The position numbers were made by a program, and so were the translations under genes. From Tubiluchus corallicola (taxonomy: Eukaryota; Animalia; Priapulida), in assembly GCA_030141605.1 (NCBI GenBank), contig JAQGDQ010001077.1:850-64849 (forward strand): a DNA stretch of 64,000 nucleotides, written 5' to 3'. Below are positions 40,388 to 53,050 of the stretch, in pieces (positions within the stretch are counted from its first letter, which is position 1; each line of letters opens with the position of its first letter). The notes under the pieces are model-generated. The model did not search any database and was not told the DNA's origin. It saw only the letters and a list, made by a program, of their open reading frames with translations.

Positions 40388-42913
40388 AAAATTAAGACGA
40401 CGACGATGATGATCATATCAGTCATTTAATAAATTATAATTGCATTCTGCATCAGATGAGGCAGCGTATCTGTTTTGCGAATGTCTGTCACAGAAAGGGT
40501 GAATCTGGCGAAGTAGCTGATCTTTATTCTAACAGGACATACAGGCGTGTCCGCTGCTTGATAATACTAAATGAGCTGAATTCGCATTTCAATGCACCCG
40601 CTTGGACGTGCAGCAATTAACTCATGTTAATCTACTGCCGATCGATTGGTGACGTAACTGACTGATGATGTGCATGAATTAATAATTATTTAAGACTGTC
40701 AGCGTCCTTACGGGTGTTGCTCCTCATTTGATTTGAAAACCGTCTGCATCGACTGGTTACATGTGATGCAACTATGGCTGCAGTTGCACCTACACCGGGG
40801 CACATTAAAAGAGGCGTCATGCTTACAACAATAACGGCTAATTAATTGAAGGATATAAATACATGCATACTTACATATATTAGCGAGATCTTGTAACTCT
40901 GTCATCACCACACGCCCGTCACGTCTATTGTGGACATTGGGCAGGCAGAACTCTAAAATAAAAGAAATCTGCCTTCAGACAGGTAAACGCAGCAGTAATC
41001 CAGCAAAAAAAACTAGACACTGCTACGCCAGTGGCTTGTCAGCACCACTTCCGTTCATTGTAACTCTAGCTGTTATTTCTGTGTTGGACTCGTAGGGGAA
41101 ATCTGTTTTTGTGGCGGCCACATGCGTGAACGTTGTATGTATAATGAGTGTAATTGTGCAGGTGATGGCACACTGTGCGTGTTTACTCCTGCTGATGTAG
41201 CTCGAGTAATTTACACCTGCTGATTTGGGAATTATCCGGGCCAAATAAGCGTTATTAAACACATGTTGCGTTTCCTGAAGCCAGAGCGAGGTGTGCAAGT
41301 GACGAATGAGATGCAGGCTTCCAGCGGCTGGCAGGTTGTATTAATTTTGCTCACCGCAGGTTCCATTTTGATTTTCCACGCTCGAGGTTTTGGTTTTGAC
41401 TTGAGCAATTTAATTTTGAACTTGTCTGTCTACTCGTATGTTTGTAGCTGTTTACGTTTCGTCTGTTCACCCATGTGATGTATTATTCATTCATTCATCG
41501 GTCTGTGAATTCGTTGGTTCGTTTGCTCGTCGACTCAGTCATTCATTCTCTCGTCATTTATTCATTCTGTCTGCCATAGTAAAAACCTTACTTTATCCTG
41601 TCCTGTTTCAGTTTACGAAGCTCTGTTGCTGCAGATGAATTTTATTGCAGCACCTATATACGTTCTCCATGCCCTGCAGATTACCATACAGCGTGGTAAC
41701 GTAGTTTGAGATTTCTCGTTTTTCTGAACATTGTTTGCCTGGGGACATCGGCACCTGTCTGCAAAGTTCCTTAAAGCATGTTCAGCCCATGTCAAGTGGT
41801 CAATTGATGCTCAGCCCATGTCAAGTGGTCATCTGAACTGTTATGGAGCAAACCATTTGACGTTTCTAGCGTTTTACATTTTTTACCAGTCACAAGGTAC
41901 ATGCATGGGTGGTTGACATGGTCGCTGAATTACTTTTTGCCATGTGTTCATTTTAATGTGTTTGCCATAAATAAATCATTCAAGAACTCAATCTAATTTT
42001 ATTGAGGGTTGCCGATCACGAACTGATGGCTATGGATTATGAGGGACTTAAAATTGTTCATTTTCATACTGACCATCTGGTGGTCAGATTAGCTCATCAG
42101 GTCATCATCATTGCGCTTGATAGTAAAGGTACAGGTCAGTTCACTGAAAATTTCACTGAAACTAAACGAATATAAATTGTTACAGTTTTTCACATCATCA
42201 GCTGTGGTCACTTATAAAATTACCAGATTTTGTACTATTTGTGATAAACCAGAGACTGATAGGCTTACTGGACGGGTCGAAGTCAATGCCAGTGTGGTCA
42301 TGGGTTTTTCGTTAGCCCTTTAACTTAAAACGACTCATTGCTAGTTGTTTTATCAGCCATGATGCTCTTGCCCTTTCATTTTGCTGCAGTTGAAGGTGAG
42401 TTAGATCTGTGCCTTGCGTGACTGTGTGTTATACAAGCGTGTTTTCATCGGCACCCAGCTGGCATTAGTTGTAATTGCCTAATACATCATCAGCCCGAGA
42501 AACTAATTACAAATTACGCAGTGTCGTTGATTTCCGCTTTTAATAATTAATTTATTTGTATGATATTAGCGATTCCGTGCATGGCGCAATATTAATGTTC
42601 TTAACGTCGCGAACATTGCAATACATTATCCCGGAATTATATGGCTCTCTATTATATAGATGTATAGTAGTCCGCCTGCAATTTAATGAACGGTTGCTTC
42701 AGTAATTGTAATCTACTGGTACCATTGTTTGTTGATAAATTAATATTGGCTGTTACATCATACTAAGGGTGAAATTTTCATATCATTGAAGGCAGGTTGT
42801 CCGACTTATTATCCCTTTATTACTTGTGGTTTTATGAATGCAGTGATTTGAAAATAAGTCTGTAGGTTCAAAATTCGTTTATTCCACATGACGAAATCAA
42901 TGTTACAGTATCA

Positions 42914-43634
42914 AATAAGGTTCGTACTCAAAGAAAGAACAGAGGTAAACGTAGTCCAATAGTAAGGTTCATGCTCAAAGAAAGTTACAATAACGTACTG
43001 TGTCACAAGTGCTTCTGAAGCATGGCTTGATGGGAGACTTGAAAAGTGGAACAGAGGTAAACGTAGTCTAATAGTAAGGTTCATGCTCCAAGAAAGTTAC
43101 AATAACGTACTGTGTCACAAGTGCTTCTGAAGCATGACTTGATGGGAGACTTGAAAAGTGGAACAGAGGTAAACGTAGTCCAATAGTAAGGTTCATGCTC
43201 AAAGAAAGTAACAATAACGTACTGTGTCACAAGTGCTTCTGAAGCATGACTTGATGGGAGACTTGAAAAGTGGAACAGAGGTAAACGTAGTCTAATAGTA
43301 AGGTTCATGCTCAAAGAAAGTTACAATAACGTACTGTGTCACAAGTGCTTCTGAAGCATGGCTTGATGGGAGACTTGAAAAGTGGAACAGAGGTAAACGT
43401 AGTCTAATAGTAAGGTTCATGCTCAAAGAAAGTTACAATAACGTACTGTGTCACAAGTGCTTCTGAAGCATGTCTTGACGGGAAACTTGAAAGGTGGAAC
43501 AGAGGTAAACGTAGTCTAATAGTAAGGTTCATGCTCAAAGAAAGTTACAATAACGTACTGTGTCACAAGTGCTTCTGAAGCATGACTTGACAGAGACTTG
43601 AAAGGTGGAACAGAGGTAAACGTAGTCCAATAGT
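42914..43634. repeat. 112-bp minisatellite, ~6 copies, inside a LINE remnant
   Basis: agaggtaaacgtagt at 42941, 43053, 43165...; unrelated to the 24473 array. Confidence 0.96.
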
Positions 43635-43639
43635 TGTGG

Positions 43640-44200
43640 TTGATATGTACAGGATAATGAAAAAAAGAGAAAAAAATTTAGGAGATGTGATTTTATTCCA
43701 ATATTCTTTGCGATCTTTTTATTAGATTAATAGTCCCCAGTTTAAATATTCATATTATAATTGACTTCTAAAAGTAAGCGCTTATTCCATGATCTAAACA
43801 ATAATACATTTGGTCTTGCTTAGTTTGAAGATACACGTAGTTTACTTATTTTGAACCACACTAAGATCTTGTTTAGGATATTGTTTACTGTAATGATGTC
43901 GTTAGCGAGATCTGTCTCATTGAAAAATAAACTTGTATCATCAGAAAAACTGGAATGTGTCTACATTATCTGTAGCATTGTTAATGTTTTTTTATGTAGA
44001 TTAGGAAAAGTAGCAGGCCTAATACTGATGCTTGTGGAACTTATTAAATGTGTAAAAAATTAGTAAAATCCATGTCTATGCAGGAGGCTTTTAATTGCAG
44101 GCACGAAATTAATTAATTAGCCTAGCTTTATATATTTGATAATAGAATTATTAAATTTTGGTTGTTATAAGATATTAGAGGTAAGTATGATATTATTATG
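43640..44200 (-). pseudogene. Decayed CR1/L2-type reverse transcriptase fragment
   Basis: Minus strand VPQASVLGLLLFLIYIKNI (cf. VPQGSVLGPLLFLIYIND) and, after a frameshift, FSDDTSLFF...LNKILVWFKISKL (cf. FADDT...WF..N.L). Confidence 0.88.
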
Positions 44201-44202
44201 GA

Positions 44203-44303
44203 ATAATAATAATAATAGTAATGATAATGATAATGACAATGACAATGACAATGACAATGACAATGACAATGACGATGACATTAACAATAACAATAATAAC
44301 AAT
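44203..44303. repeat. (AAT)n/(GACAAT)n microsatellite
   Basis: Direct reading. Confidence 0.9.
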
Positions 44304-45087
44304 GTGCCGCCAACTAAGTTTACAGAACTATAAATTGCCTATTTGGTCGAAAGTACGGGTGTTCGGGGATCTGGACGGGGAACAGGGTTCCAGACGCTAA
44401 TTGAGTTCCAGGTCGGGATTTTTCGGGGTTCGAAATCAAGTTGTTCAGTTCCGCGAACCATGCATATAATTATCAGTAAACGGGGACAAGAAAACGACAT
44501 CAAAATTTCACACTTTCAGCTCCAGCTCATAATTATATGTGTCTAGCATCCGGGACGAAAAAGTGTTGTTTAGACCTATGAGCAGATTTCACTCACACAC
44601 ATTGTCATCGTGCCAGCTAGAAATGCATTGATTGCCTTGTATGTCAGGGAACGATAAAACAGTAATGATGGTGCGAACCCACTAGGGTCGTGCCATCATT
44701 GATAATAATCTTTCACGACATTACGATTATAATAATTAATTGGAATGCAGTTGTTTGCTGTCCGTCTCGTAGTGTATTCCCTCATTTTCTTGTGATGTTT
44801 GCGTTAGTCAAAATTTGCTCTGAGCCTGCACACTTCACTATGCTAAGTAAACATAAGGTGAATTTCTTTGCTGTGAACTTAAAATAATTGTTAGAGCGAA
44901 TGATTATGCATATACTGACTAAGACGCATTAACTGCTCCGGCGAATTTTAGATAGCAAGGATGCTATCGACAATGAGACAGGAATCATACAAAGCATTTT
45001 TCGCAAGACGGTCTCATTTTTCTATATATTTTCGTAAATTGTTCCAATATTATTGGCATCACCAGAATAAATCACCACCAGAATAAG

Positions 45088-45245
45088 TTATATATATATA
45101 TACATAATAATCTTTATTTGTCATTAAAATACATTGATAGTCACTGATAAAAACTTTACAGAGATGATCAATCAGTGTTAGTTAATAAAAACTTACACTG
45201 CTAAAGGCAAATGCGTCAGTGCAATCTAAACTACTGTGCAGTAAT
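45088..45245 (-). mobile_element. LINE-type 3' end related to the 4160/60865 family
   Basis: Reverse complement gcacagtagtttagattgcactgacgcatttgcctttagcagtg...caaataaagattattat matches the stem-loop and tail at 4680-4810. Confidence 0.75.
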
Positions 45246-45782
45246 GGAAAGTAACGACGAATAAAATCAAACATATTTACAACTACGACTAACTTGTGGC
45301 TCATTTTTCCGTTATGCTTTGACGACCTGATGTAAACGTTGTTTTTCAAGTATTGTGTACAGTACTTTTAATCTTCGGGGTGGGAGATTGGGGTCGGGAC
45401 GGGACGAGAGATTGGGGAACGGTGTGTGTGTGTGTGTGTGGGGGGGGGGGGTCGTGACTAAATGTTCGAGAACGACTTTCGGGATGTGAGAAAGGCTCAG
45501 CACTCAGCTGTGCTACTTTCTTTTTTACATCTTTTGTATGTCTCAGTCGTGGAATTGAATTCATGGCCTTCTGCATGAAAAGTAAGTACGCTGCTTCTGA
45601 GCTTTTCTAAGGTGTTGTCTTATAAACTGCTTCTAAGTCATCATATTTCAAATGTGTAATAGACAGTGATTTATTCATACCCTTAATTATATGCCTGGAA
45701 GATCGACCAATACTTTAAATGTAGTATTGTCTAATATATAGGGAAATAAAAAATGCCGCAGCTAAAACAATTGCAAGTTTCA

Positions 45783-45829
45783 GTGTCGAACCCAGCAACC
45801 ATTCTTCCAGTAGAATCCACTGGACTACG
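45783..45829 (-). other. Degenerate tRNA-like head (A-box/B-box)
   Basis: Minus strand cgTAGTCCAGTGGattctactggaagaatggttgctgGGTTCGACAC; too short for a full cloverleaf. Confidence 0.35.
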
Positions 45830-47059
45830 TCAAACAAAGAAACTAACTAAAGTCAAAATAGCGTTTCAAAGGTTATGTAGATAGATAGATTGATATTTTA
45901 TTTCTGAAAATCAAATTTCCAACACGAAAATTACAAACTCGACGCACACTCGATGGTTTTATCAGCGGGCAGAGCTCGGGTAATGATTTCCAGATCATAC
46001 TAACAATTTGACTCAACATAGCTGCACAAAGGTATACACACAGATATACAAATTTAGTTGTAAGCTCCATGAAGCGAAAAAAACTATTAACTAAGCATTT
46101 GTACACATGTGATAAACAAATATTTTACCTATATGATAATCACAGTGATGCGGTTATATGTTCGCTAGCAAAGCTACACTATTTAATTCAAAAATCTATG
46201 CATACATAAATGAAATTTCCAATTGACATTAATTCTCCGTCAAACAAATTTGCAATATTACTATAATTTAACGCGTACAGTGATCTATAAAGTGCATTTT
46301 CATGGCACTCGCACAAAAAATGCTCTTCTGTCTGGATTTCTCCACAAACACATAGCTTATATTTGATTGGTTCATTTTGCTTGATTTACAAATTACAACA
46401 TTTTGCATGTTTGCCAGGGTTGATTGATATAGACTTATTAGAGTATAGCAAATTATAGATAATCCCGTGTGATTGTTGCACACCATTGCGCTATTAGGCG
46501 CCCTCAAGTGATTTGATATTATCTAGTAGATCTTTAATAAATTACATGACCGAGCGGAAGTCGATAATTAATGCTGGGCAGCTTGGACTCGGGTCCCATC
46601 TGTTATGCCTCACCCCCTCTGGCCATGCAGATTGCAGTTAACGATGTCATTCACTTTATTTAGCTAAAATGAAAAACGATGCACAGAGAGTCACAGACGC
46701 AACGCGTTGCAATTGCGAATTTCATTTGCTAAGTACAATGCGGGACATTTAATCTCATTTCCATACATTTCGGCTCATTCTTTTGTGAAAATTTGCTAGA
46801 GCTTGATGCGAATATGTTGCGCCTGGGTGCACAGCTTTATTGTTGTCATTATGAATACTTAAAATGTGTGTTTTTGCCATTTTTCTGCATATAACAGGGC
46901 GTGCCGAGCGCAAATTGATGGTGCAATCCGTTAAAGTTGACACGTCGCAAGTAAAAAATACATTTCTTTATAAGTTACAGATATCAGAAAACGAAGTTAT
47001 ATTAAGTCCGGTATGTTAAAATTATAAGTTCTTGATAGCATATAATAAGAAAATAAATA

Positions 47060-47149
47060 TACTACGGCCATTTTACGTTGAAAACACCGGTTCTCGTCTG
47101 ATCACCGAAGTTTAAGCAACGTAGAGCCTGGTTAGTACTTGGATGGGTG
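47060..47149 (+). pseudogene. 5S rRNA-derived head (about nt 1-90 of 5S), not a functional 5S gene
   Basis: ctacggccat...cgttgaaaacaccggttctcgtctgatcaccgaagtttaagcaacgtagagcctggttagtacttggatgggtg matches metazoan 5S through box C; last ~30 nt missing. Confidence 0.92.
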
Positions 47150-47590
47150 GCTAGATGCCCACACTGTATCTCGATACTAGACGGAGGAGCTGTACAAGCA
47201 GCCAACGGCTAGAGGGCGGAGGATGTCAAGTAACCCAACGGCCACGTGTAGAGGAGTAAACCTTCCAAATCAGGAGTGGAGCCCTGAAGGGGGACCAGTC
47301 CAGCATGCTCACTGACTCCGGCAGCTCCTGCAGCCAACCTGGTGCCAAACATATCGCTTAGTTTCCTTTGGACTACACCAGGGAGGAAGAGAGGGGGTTC
47401 GTGTTGTCTGGACAACTCAGGATCTCATACACCTTGCCCAGGTGTCCGCTCTGGAGAGGCCACTCCAGTAGTTCAAGGATCGCACTGCTCAGCCACAGTC
47501 GACGCTGCAGCTCCATCAATGTGATCAATAACTGACTGTCTTGGCGCACACTCCATTGTCCTCCGAGACAGAAGGATGTCAACAACAATA
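47060..47590 (+). mobile_element. 5S rRNA-headed (SINE3-type) element with RTE-like body and tail
   Basis: 5S head, then a body shared with 1-310, then tail ctccattgtcctccgagacagaaggatgtc(aac)n; possible TSD aataagaaaa at 47044-53 and 47587-96. Confidence 0.75.
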
Positions 47591-47625
47591 AGAAAAGAAG
47601 AGTTATTACTTTGCAGTAGTCTAAC

Positions 47626-47760
47626 CTAAAGCAAAGAGTTAAGGCTCTCGGGAAGTTCAGCTTATTTAACATTCAAAAAAATTGAAATTATGATAAGCGT
47701 CTCGTGTAAATAATAAAATCAATTTAACGTCTCGGTCACGTCAAGCTTTGACGCGCTTAT
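47626..47760 (+). mobile_element. Diverged left end of the Kolobok-like family
   Basis: gggaagttcagcttattt...gataagcgtctcgtgtaaataataaaatc matches the left ends at 54252 and 8814. Confidence 0.45.
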
Positions 47761-48154
47761 TTTGAGCGAAAGATTGTTTTATCTGGTTACGACGATGTAA
47801 ACGCTTATAATGCCAGGTGCTTCAGCGAACTTCTTTTGCAATCACAATTACTATTATCAACTACAACAAACAATTCCAAACGTTAAGCGTGTGATTATTA
47901 ATAGTATTTTATTGTTTTTTGATGAATCCCTTTGCCATTTATGCAATGCAAACTAGTTATCTCCAACTCGGCGGCTTGTTGACGCCGACAAAAAGGAAGA
48001 AAATAATTATTCCAGCTAAAACTGAACTCTAAAAGCTAAGTTGACCACCCAGCACCTTCTCTGCGCTTGCAGCCTCGCAGAATTGCTTCATTTCCATGCT
48101 GTAATATTGTTGTGCAGCACTTCTGAGGTGTAATCCGACGTAAGATGTTTAAAG

Positions 48155-48302
48155 TTATTGCACGTTGATTCGATGACTAATTTTTACATAAACGATTTAG
48201 TCACTTATTGCACGTTGATTCGATGACTAATTTTTACATAAACGATTTAGTCACTTATTGCACGTTGATTCGATGACTAATTTTTTACATAAACGATTTA
48301 CT
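48155..48302. repeat. 50-bp tandem repeat, 3 copies
   Basis: ttattgcacgttgattcgatgactaatttttacataaacgatttagtcac. Confidence 0.95.
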
Positions 48303-48786
48303 CGGCTAAGAATAGCGTAATTTCTGAGTCTCCACCAGCTACGTCATTTTTTTCAAACATGCCCGCGGCGAGGTTCGTTTGGCAGGATATGCGAATGATT
48401 TAAATTTCTTTAACATTTGTAGGCAAGGCATTTATGCGTGTACAATATGTGTAATTTCTATATTTATAAGTATGCATTAAAGTACGATGAATGTTGTTCG
48501 GGGGTTGGTTTTTCTTGTAAATTTAATCTGTTGATTTTGTTGGATTTTATGTATACATATACACACACGCACGCACACACACACTTGCACGCACGCACGC
48601 ACACCATACACACACATACGCACGCACGCACGCACGTACTTGAATGTTGTTGAATGTTTGTTTTGCGGGTATATATAAACATTTACTGTAGATTGCATTA
48701 ACATAAAGCATGAACTATCAAAATGTCAATAAAGTCAAATCGGTCAACTATTAAACAAACCCCGGTCGTTTTGCTCTGATACCGTA

Positions 48787-49058
48787 CAAAATGCTTAGTT
48801 ATTTGCGTGCAAGACACCCAAATGCATCTAAAGCGTATGTCAAAATGCTTAGTTATTTGCGTGCAAGACACCCAAATGCATCTAAAGCGTATGTCAAAAT
48901 GCTTAGTTATTTGCGTGCAAGACACCCAAATGCATCTAAAGCGTATGTCAAAATGCTTAGTTATTTGCGTGCAAGACACCCAAATGCATCTAAAGCGTAT
49001 GTCAAAATGCTTAGTTATTTGCGTGCAAGACACCCAAGTGCATCTAAAGCGTGTGTCA
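48787..49058. repeat. 54-bp minisatellite, 5 copies
   Basis: 18-aa period in ORFs; caaaatgcttag at 48787, 48841... Confidence 0.97.
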
Positions 49059-51369
49059 GCTGCCTCATTACAGTTTCTTAGTAGCCCTGCCGTGGGCCGT
49101 TTTCAGAGAAAGTTGTGTCCCCTGCTACTCGTGGTGAGTTATTGAGTACAACGTTGTTTTGGTTTATTATTGTTATCGATTTCTTGCTTCTGGAGTACCC
49201 ACCCATTCGCCTAGCGCCTTGGCTATTTAGGTGGCCTGAGCCATGAAATTGTTGCATTTGTTCGCCTTTCCATCATTAACTACAGATTTGGCGAGATTGC
49301 CCGGGAAAGCTGCTTTTATCCTTGCATTGATTGCTGCGGTATATCCTCCAAATTATCTTCCACTTGTAAGTGTATGATTTATGGTCTATTTTATGCATAT
49401 TCGTCGCACATCATCAATTGGGAACGACTTGAGCGTCTGCAGTTTGCGGAGGAGACGTTCTGTTGTGGCCAAACGTGCCAGGGAAATAATCTTCACTTTT
49501 GAAAGACGCTTGTATAGCGCAGAAACTTTCCGAGTGGCAGGCACATTCATGGAAGCCAGAAACATACCAGTACTATATTATGCAGATATGACTGTTGTTT
49601 AGGATTAGGGCTTTCATTACGCAAGAATTTCATGATCTTTCTGAAATGCCTCTTGTATTTTGATATGCCTGTGATTGCATTAATTGTAGAGTAAGTAGTG
49701 TCGTTTTGAATCGGAGATGGGAACGCCCTCGTTTGCTTTTCGCTGATTAGGCTACAGCTCGTTTCATTTGCATTCTGGTAGGCATTCAATGTCAATCGGA
49801 GGTCGTCGCGGTTAGTATATGTGTACGAGACTAATTAATGTCCCGAGATTGGGTCTTAAATTATTTCTTACCATGTTGAATAACACGACAAAGCGCAGCA
49901 AGATAACATAGCAAGACAATGCTGTTTGAGATCTGTTTGTATCAGTGACGTAGAAGTTGCGATGCATAGTGAGCCCGAAAAGGGCAAAAAACGGGAAAAT
50001 AATCAGTCACGTGACTTATGATGACCTCTGACTTCTGACCCAGACCCAGCCTGAGCCGTTCACGTGCCTTGAAAAATGCCTGGATGAAAATGTAATGATG
50101 ATCTCCATAAAATTCATTAGTACTTACGTATAATATCCAGTTTGAATTCTGCGCAGAAGTTTGAATTCTTTAGCAGGAAGTCATACAGGAAAACCGGACG
50201 ATTGTTATACTAAATCATATTTTAATTTACTGTCCAAAATATACATTTTCTTACCTATAAAGGTTAACAATTGTTTCTAATGTTTGAATAATTACCCTGA
50301 ATAATTACTAACGGCAGCCGAACACAGCTATTGCTTACGTCAAAAACTAACCACAGTTTGTGCAATGGCAGGCATCTTCCGTTGCGTGTCAAGCACATTT
50401 GTATAAGTGTTACAGTACTGCTTCAACGCACGATGTCACGAAAATGGGCTCTACGTCATATGACGTCAGAAACTAACACTGCTGTTCATGATCATGGTTA
50501 TCACGCTACCGCCTTCTATTTGTTGGCAACGCGCATCTGACAAAAAGGTGCCGCTGCCAATCTTAGTAGATTCTCTGAGCCGCGCATAGATTTGAAAGTT
50601 TAACAAAATTGGAGTATCCGAGGTAATTACTATTTAATCCAAGCTTTGATTTAAAAAGAGCTATTGTAGTTTTCTATATTTTAAAGCATTCTTTATTCTG
50701 AACTAATCTTTGCACAAGCGTCCGGTCTTTCTTTAAAATTAATTAAGAATTAATTTAAATCTTTTTCAAACCGTTTGTGCTTTGCCTTTTGAACCTTTCG
50801 TTATATATTACCTTTCTCATTAAATTCGAACAAATCCATTTCCGCATTAGTCACATTTCATGGCACATATTTTTCAATCAATATTAGAGATCGCATGTGT
50901 AACTTGCAAAGTGGTTAAATCCAATTTGTATGTAATCGTGGAAACATAATTCACTGGCGCATGCAGGTAGGGCGAGAAGTAGGTGGTTTGGATGGGGGTG
51001 AAATTTGCGTTGGAAGATTTTTTTTGAAGAATTTATTTCATTTTTGATTTGTTGTTTGGGAATCTGTATCAGGCCGACTTTGCTTTCGCTTTGCAAATTG
51101 TGTACGGTGTTACTACTTCCCAGAAAATCATCGTGGATAATTAAATGGCTGAATTACACCTGTATCAGATGCTGGGATAGCGATGGTTGATTCGCACTTT
51201 TTACATGTTTCAGTAAGCCGATTGTACTTATTGTAAAACTGTAAACTGTGAAGGTATGCGTGTCACTATGGCCCTTGGAGATGACAGCTTGACAGCTTGA
51301 TGTGCACATTTTCATGTAGTAAATCGAAAATAATTGCCGCGATTCAGTTCTTGTGCTCACATATTTGAC

Positions 51370-53050
51370 TTTGTGAAACCCATTGTGATGAAGCCCTTTA
51401 TCCTGGTTTTTTATCTTCTTGTCAAGGTGAAACACTGTCAGAATAATTGTGCTTCATTTGAGTTTCTGAAGCCCATTCAGATGAAACCCTTTATTTGAAC
51501 CAAGTTCATAACTGTATATCGCTTTGTCTTGTCCGCTTGTCAGTCAGAATAATTATGCTCCAGTGAAGTTCTGAAACCCGTGATGAAACCCTGTATTTGA
51601 ACCCAGTTCATAACTGTTTATTGCTTTGTTTCTTGTCCTCTTGTCAGTCAGAGTAATTATGCTCCAGTGAAGTTCTGAAACCCGTGATGAAACCCTTTAT
51701 TTGAACCCAGTTCATAACTGTATATCGCTTTGTCTTGTCCTCTTGTCAGTCAGAGTAATTATGCTCCAGTGAAGTTCTGAAACCCGTGATGAAACCCTTT
51801 ATTTGAACCCAGTTCATAAGTGTTTATAGCTTTGTCTTGTCCTCGTGTCAGTCAGAATAATTATGCTCCAGTGGAGTTCTGAAACCCGAGATGAAACCCT
51901 TTATTTGAACCCAGTTCATAACTGTATATCGCTTTGTCTTGTCCTCTTGTCAGTCAGAGTAATTATGCTCCAGTGAAGTTCTGAAACCCGTGATGAAACC
52001 CTTTATTTGAACCCAGTTCATAAGTGTTTATAGCTTTGTCTTGTCCTCGTGTCAGTCAGAATAATTATGCTCCAGTGGAGTTCTGAAACCCGTGATGAAA
52101 CCCTTTATTTGAACCCAGTTCATAACTGTATATCGCTTTGTCTTGTCCTCTTGTCAGTCAGAGTAATTATGCTCCAGTGAAGTTCTGAAACCCGTGATGA
52201 AACCCTTTATTTGAACCCAGTTCATAAGTGTTTATAGCTTTGTCTTGTCCTCGTGTCAGTCAGAATAATTATGCTCCAGTGGAGTTCTGAAACCCGTGAT
52301 GAAACCCTTTATTTGAACCCAGTTCATAACTGTATATCGCTTTGTCTTGTCCTCGTGTCAGTCAGAATAATTATGCTCCAGTGAAGTTCTGAAACCCGTG
52401 ATGAAACCCTTTATTTGAACCCAGTTCATAACTGTATATCGCTTTGTCTTGTCCTCTTGTCAGTCAGAGTAATTATGCTCCAGTGAAGTTCTGAAACCCG
52501 TGATGAAACCCTTTATTTGAACCCAGTTCATAAGTGTTTATAGCTTTGTCTTGTCCTCGTGTCAGTCAGAATAATTATGCTCCAGTGGAGTTCTGAAACC
52601 CGTGATGAAACCCTTTATTTGAACCCAGTTCATAACTGTATATCGCTTTGTCTTGTCCTCTTGTCAGTCAGAGTAATTATGCTCCAGTGAAGTTCTGAAA
52701 CCCGTGATGAAACCCTTTATTTGAACCCAGTTCATAAGTGTTTATAGCTTTGTCTTGTCCTCGTGTCAGTCAGAATAATTATGCTCCAGTGGAGTTCTGA
52801 AACCCGTGATGAAACCCTTTATTTGAACCCAGTTCATAACTGTATATCGCTTTGTCTTGTCCTCGTGTCAGTCAGAATAATTATGCTCCAGTGAAGTTCT
52901 GAAACCCGTGATGAAACCCTTTATTTGAACCCAGTTCATAATTGTTTAACGCTTTGTCTTCTTATCCTCTTGTCAAGGTGAAACATTGCCAGAATAATTG
53001 TGTTTCATTTGAGTTTCTTAAACCCATTGAGATGAAGCCCTTTATTTGAA
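51370..53050. repeat. 102-bp minisatellite (~14 homogeneous units with A/B dimer structure) flanked by older diverged units
   Basis: gatgaaaccctttatttgaacccagttcataa at 51788, 51890, 51992...; both flanks carry cttgtcaaggtgaaaca...cagaataattgtg variants. Confidence 0.96.

Noticed and set aside
47060-47180. Functional 5S rRNA gene
   Set aside because: Lacks the 3' ~30 nt and terminator, has an internal T4, and continues into a retroelement body
47150-47260. HDV-like ribozyme at the start of the RTE-like body
   Set aside because: Known from some RTE 5' ends, but I could not build the nested double pseudoknot from this sequence
51480-52975. Hammerhead/retrozyme in the ~100-120 bp tandem units
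   Set aside because: No CUGANGA core followed by a helix and GAAA found by eye on either strand of the 81, 102, 112, 116 or 119 bp units; an Infernal scan would be decisive
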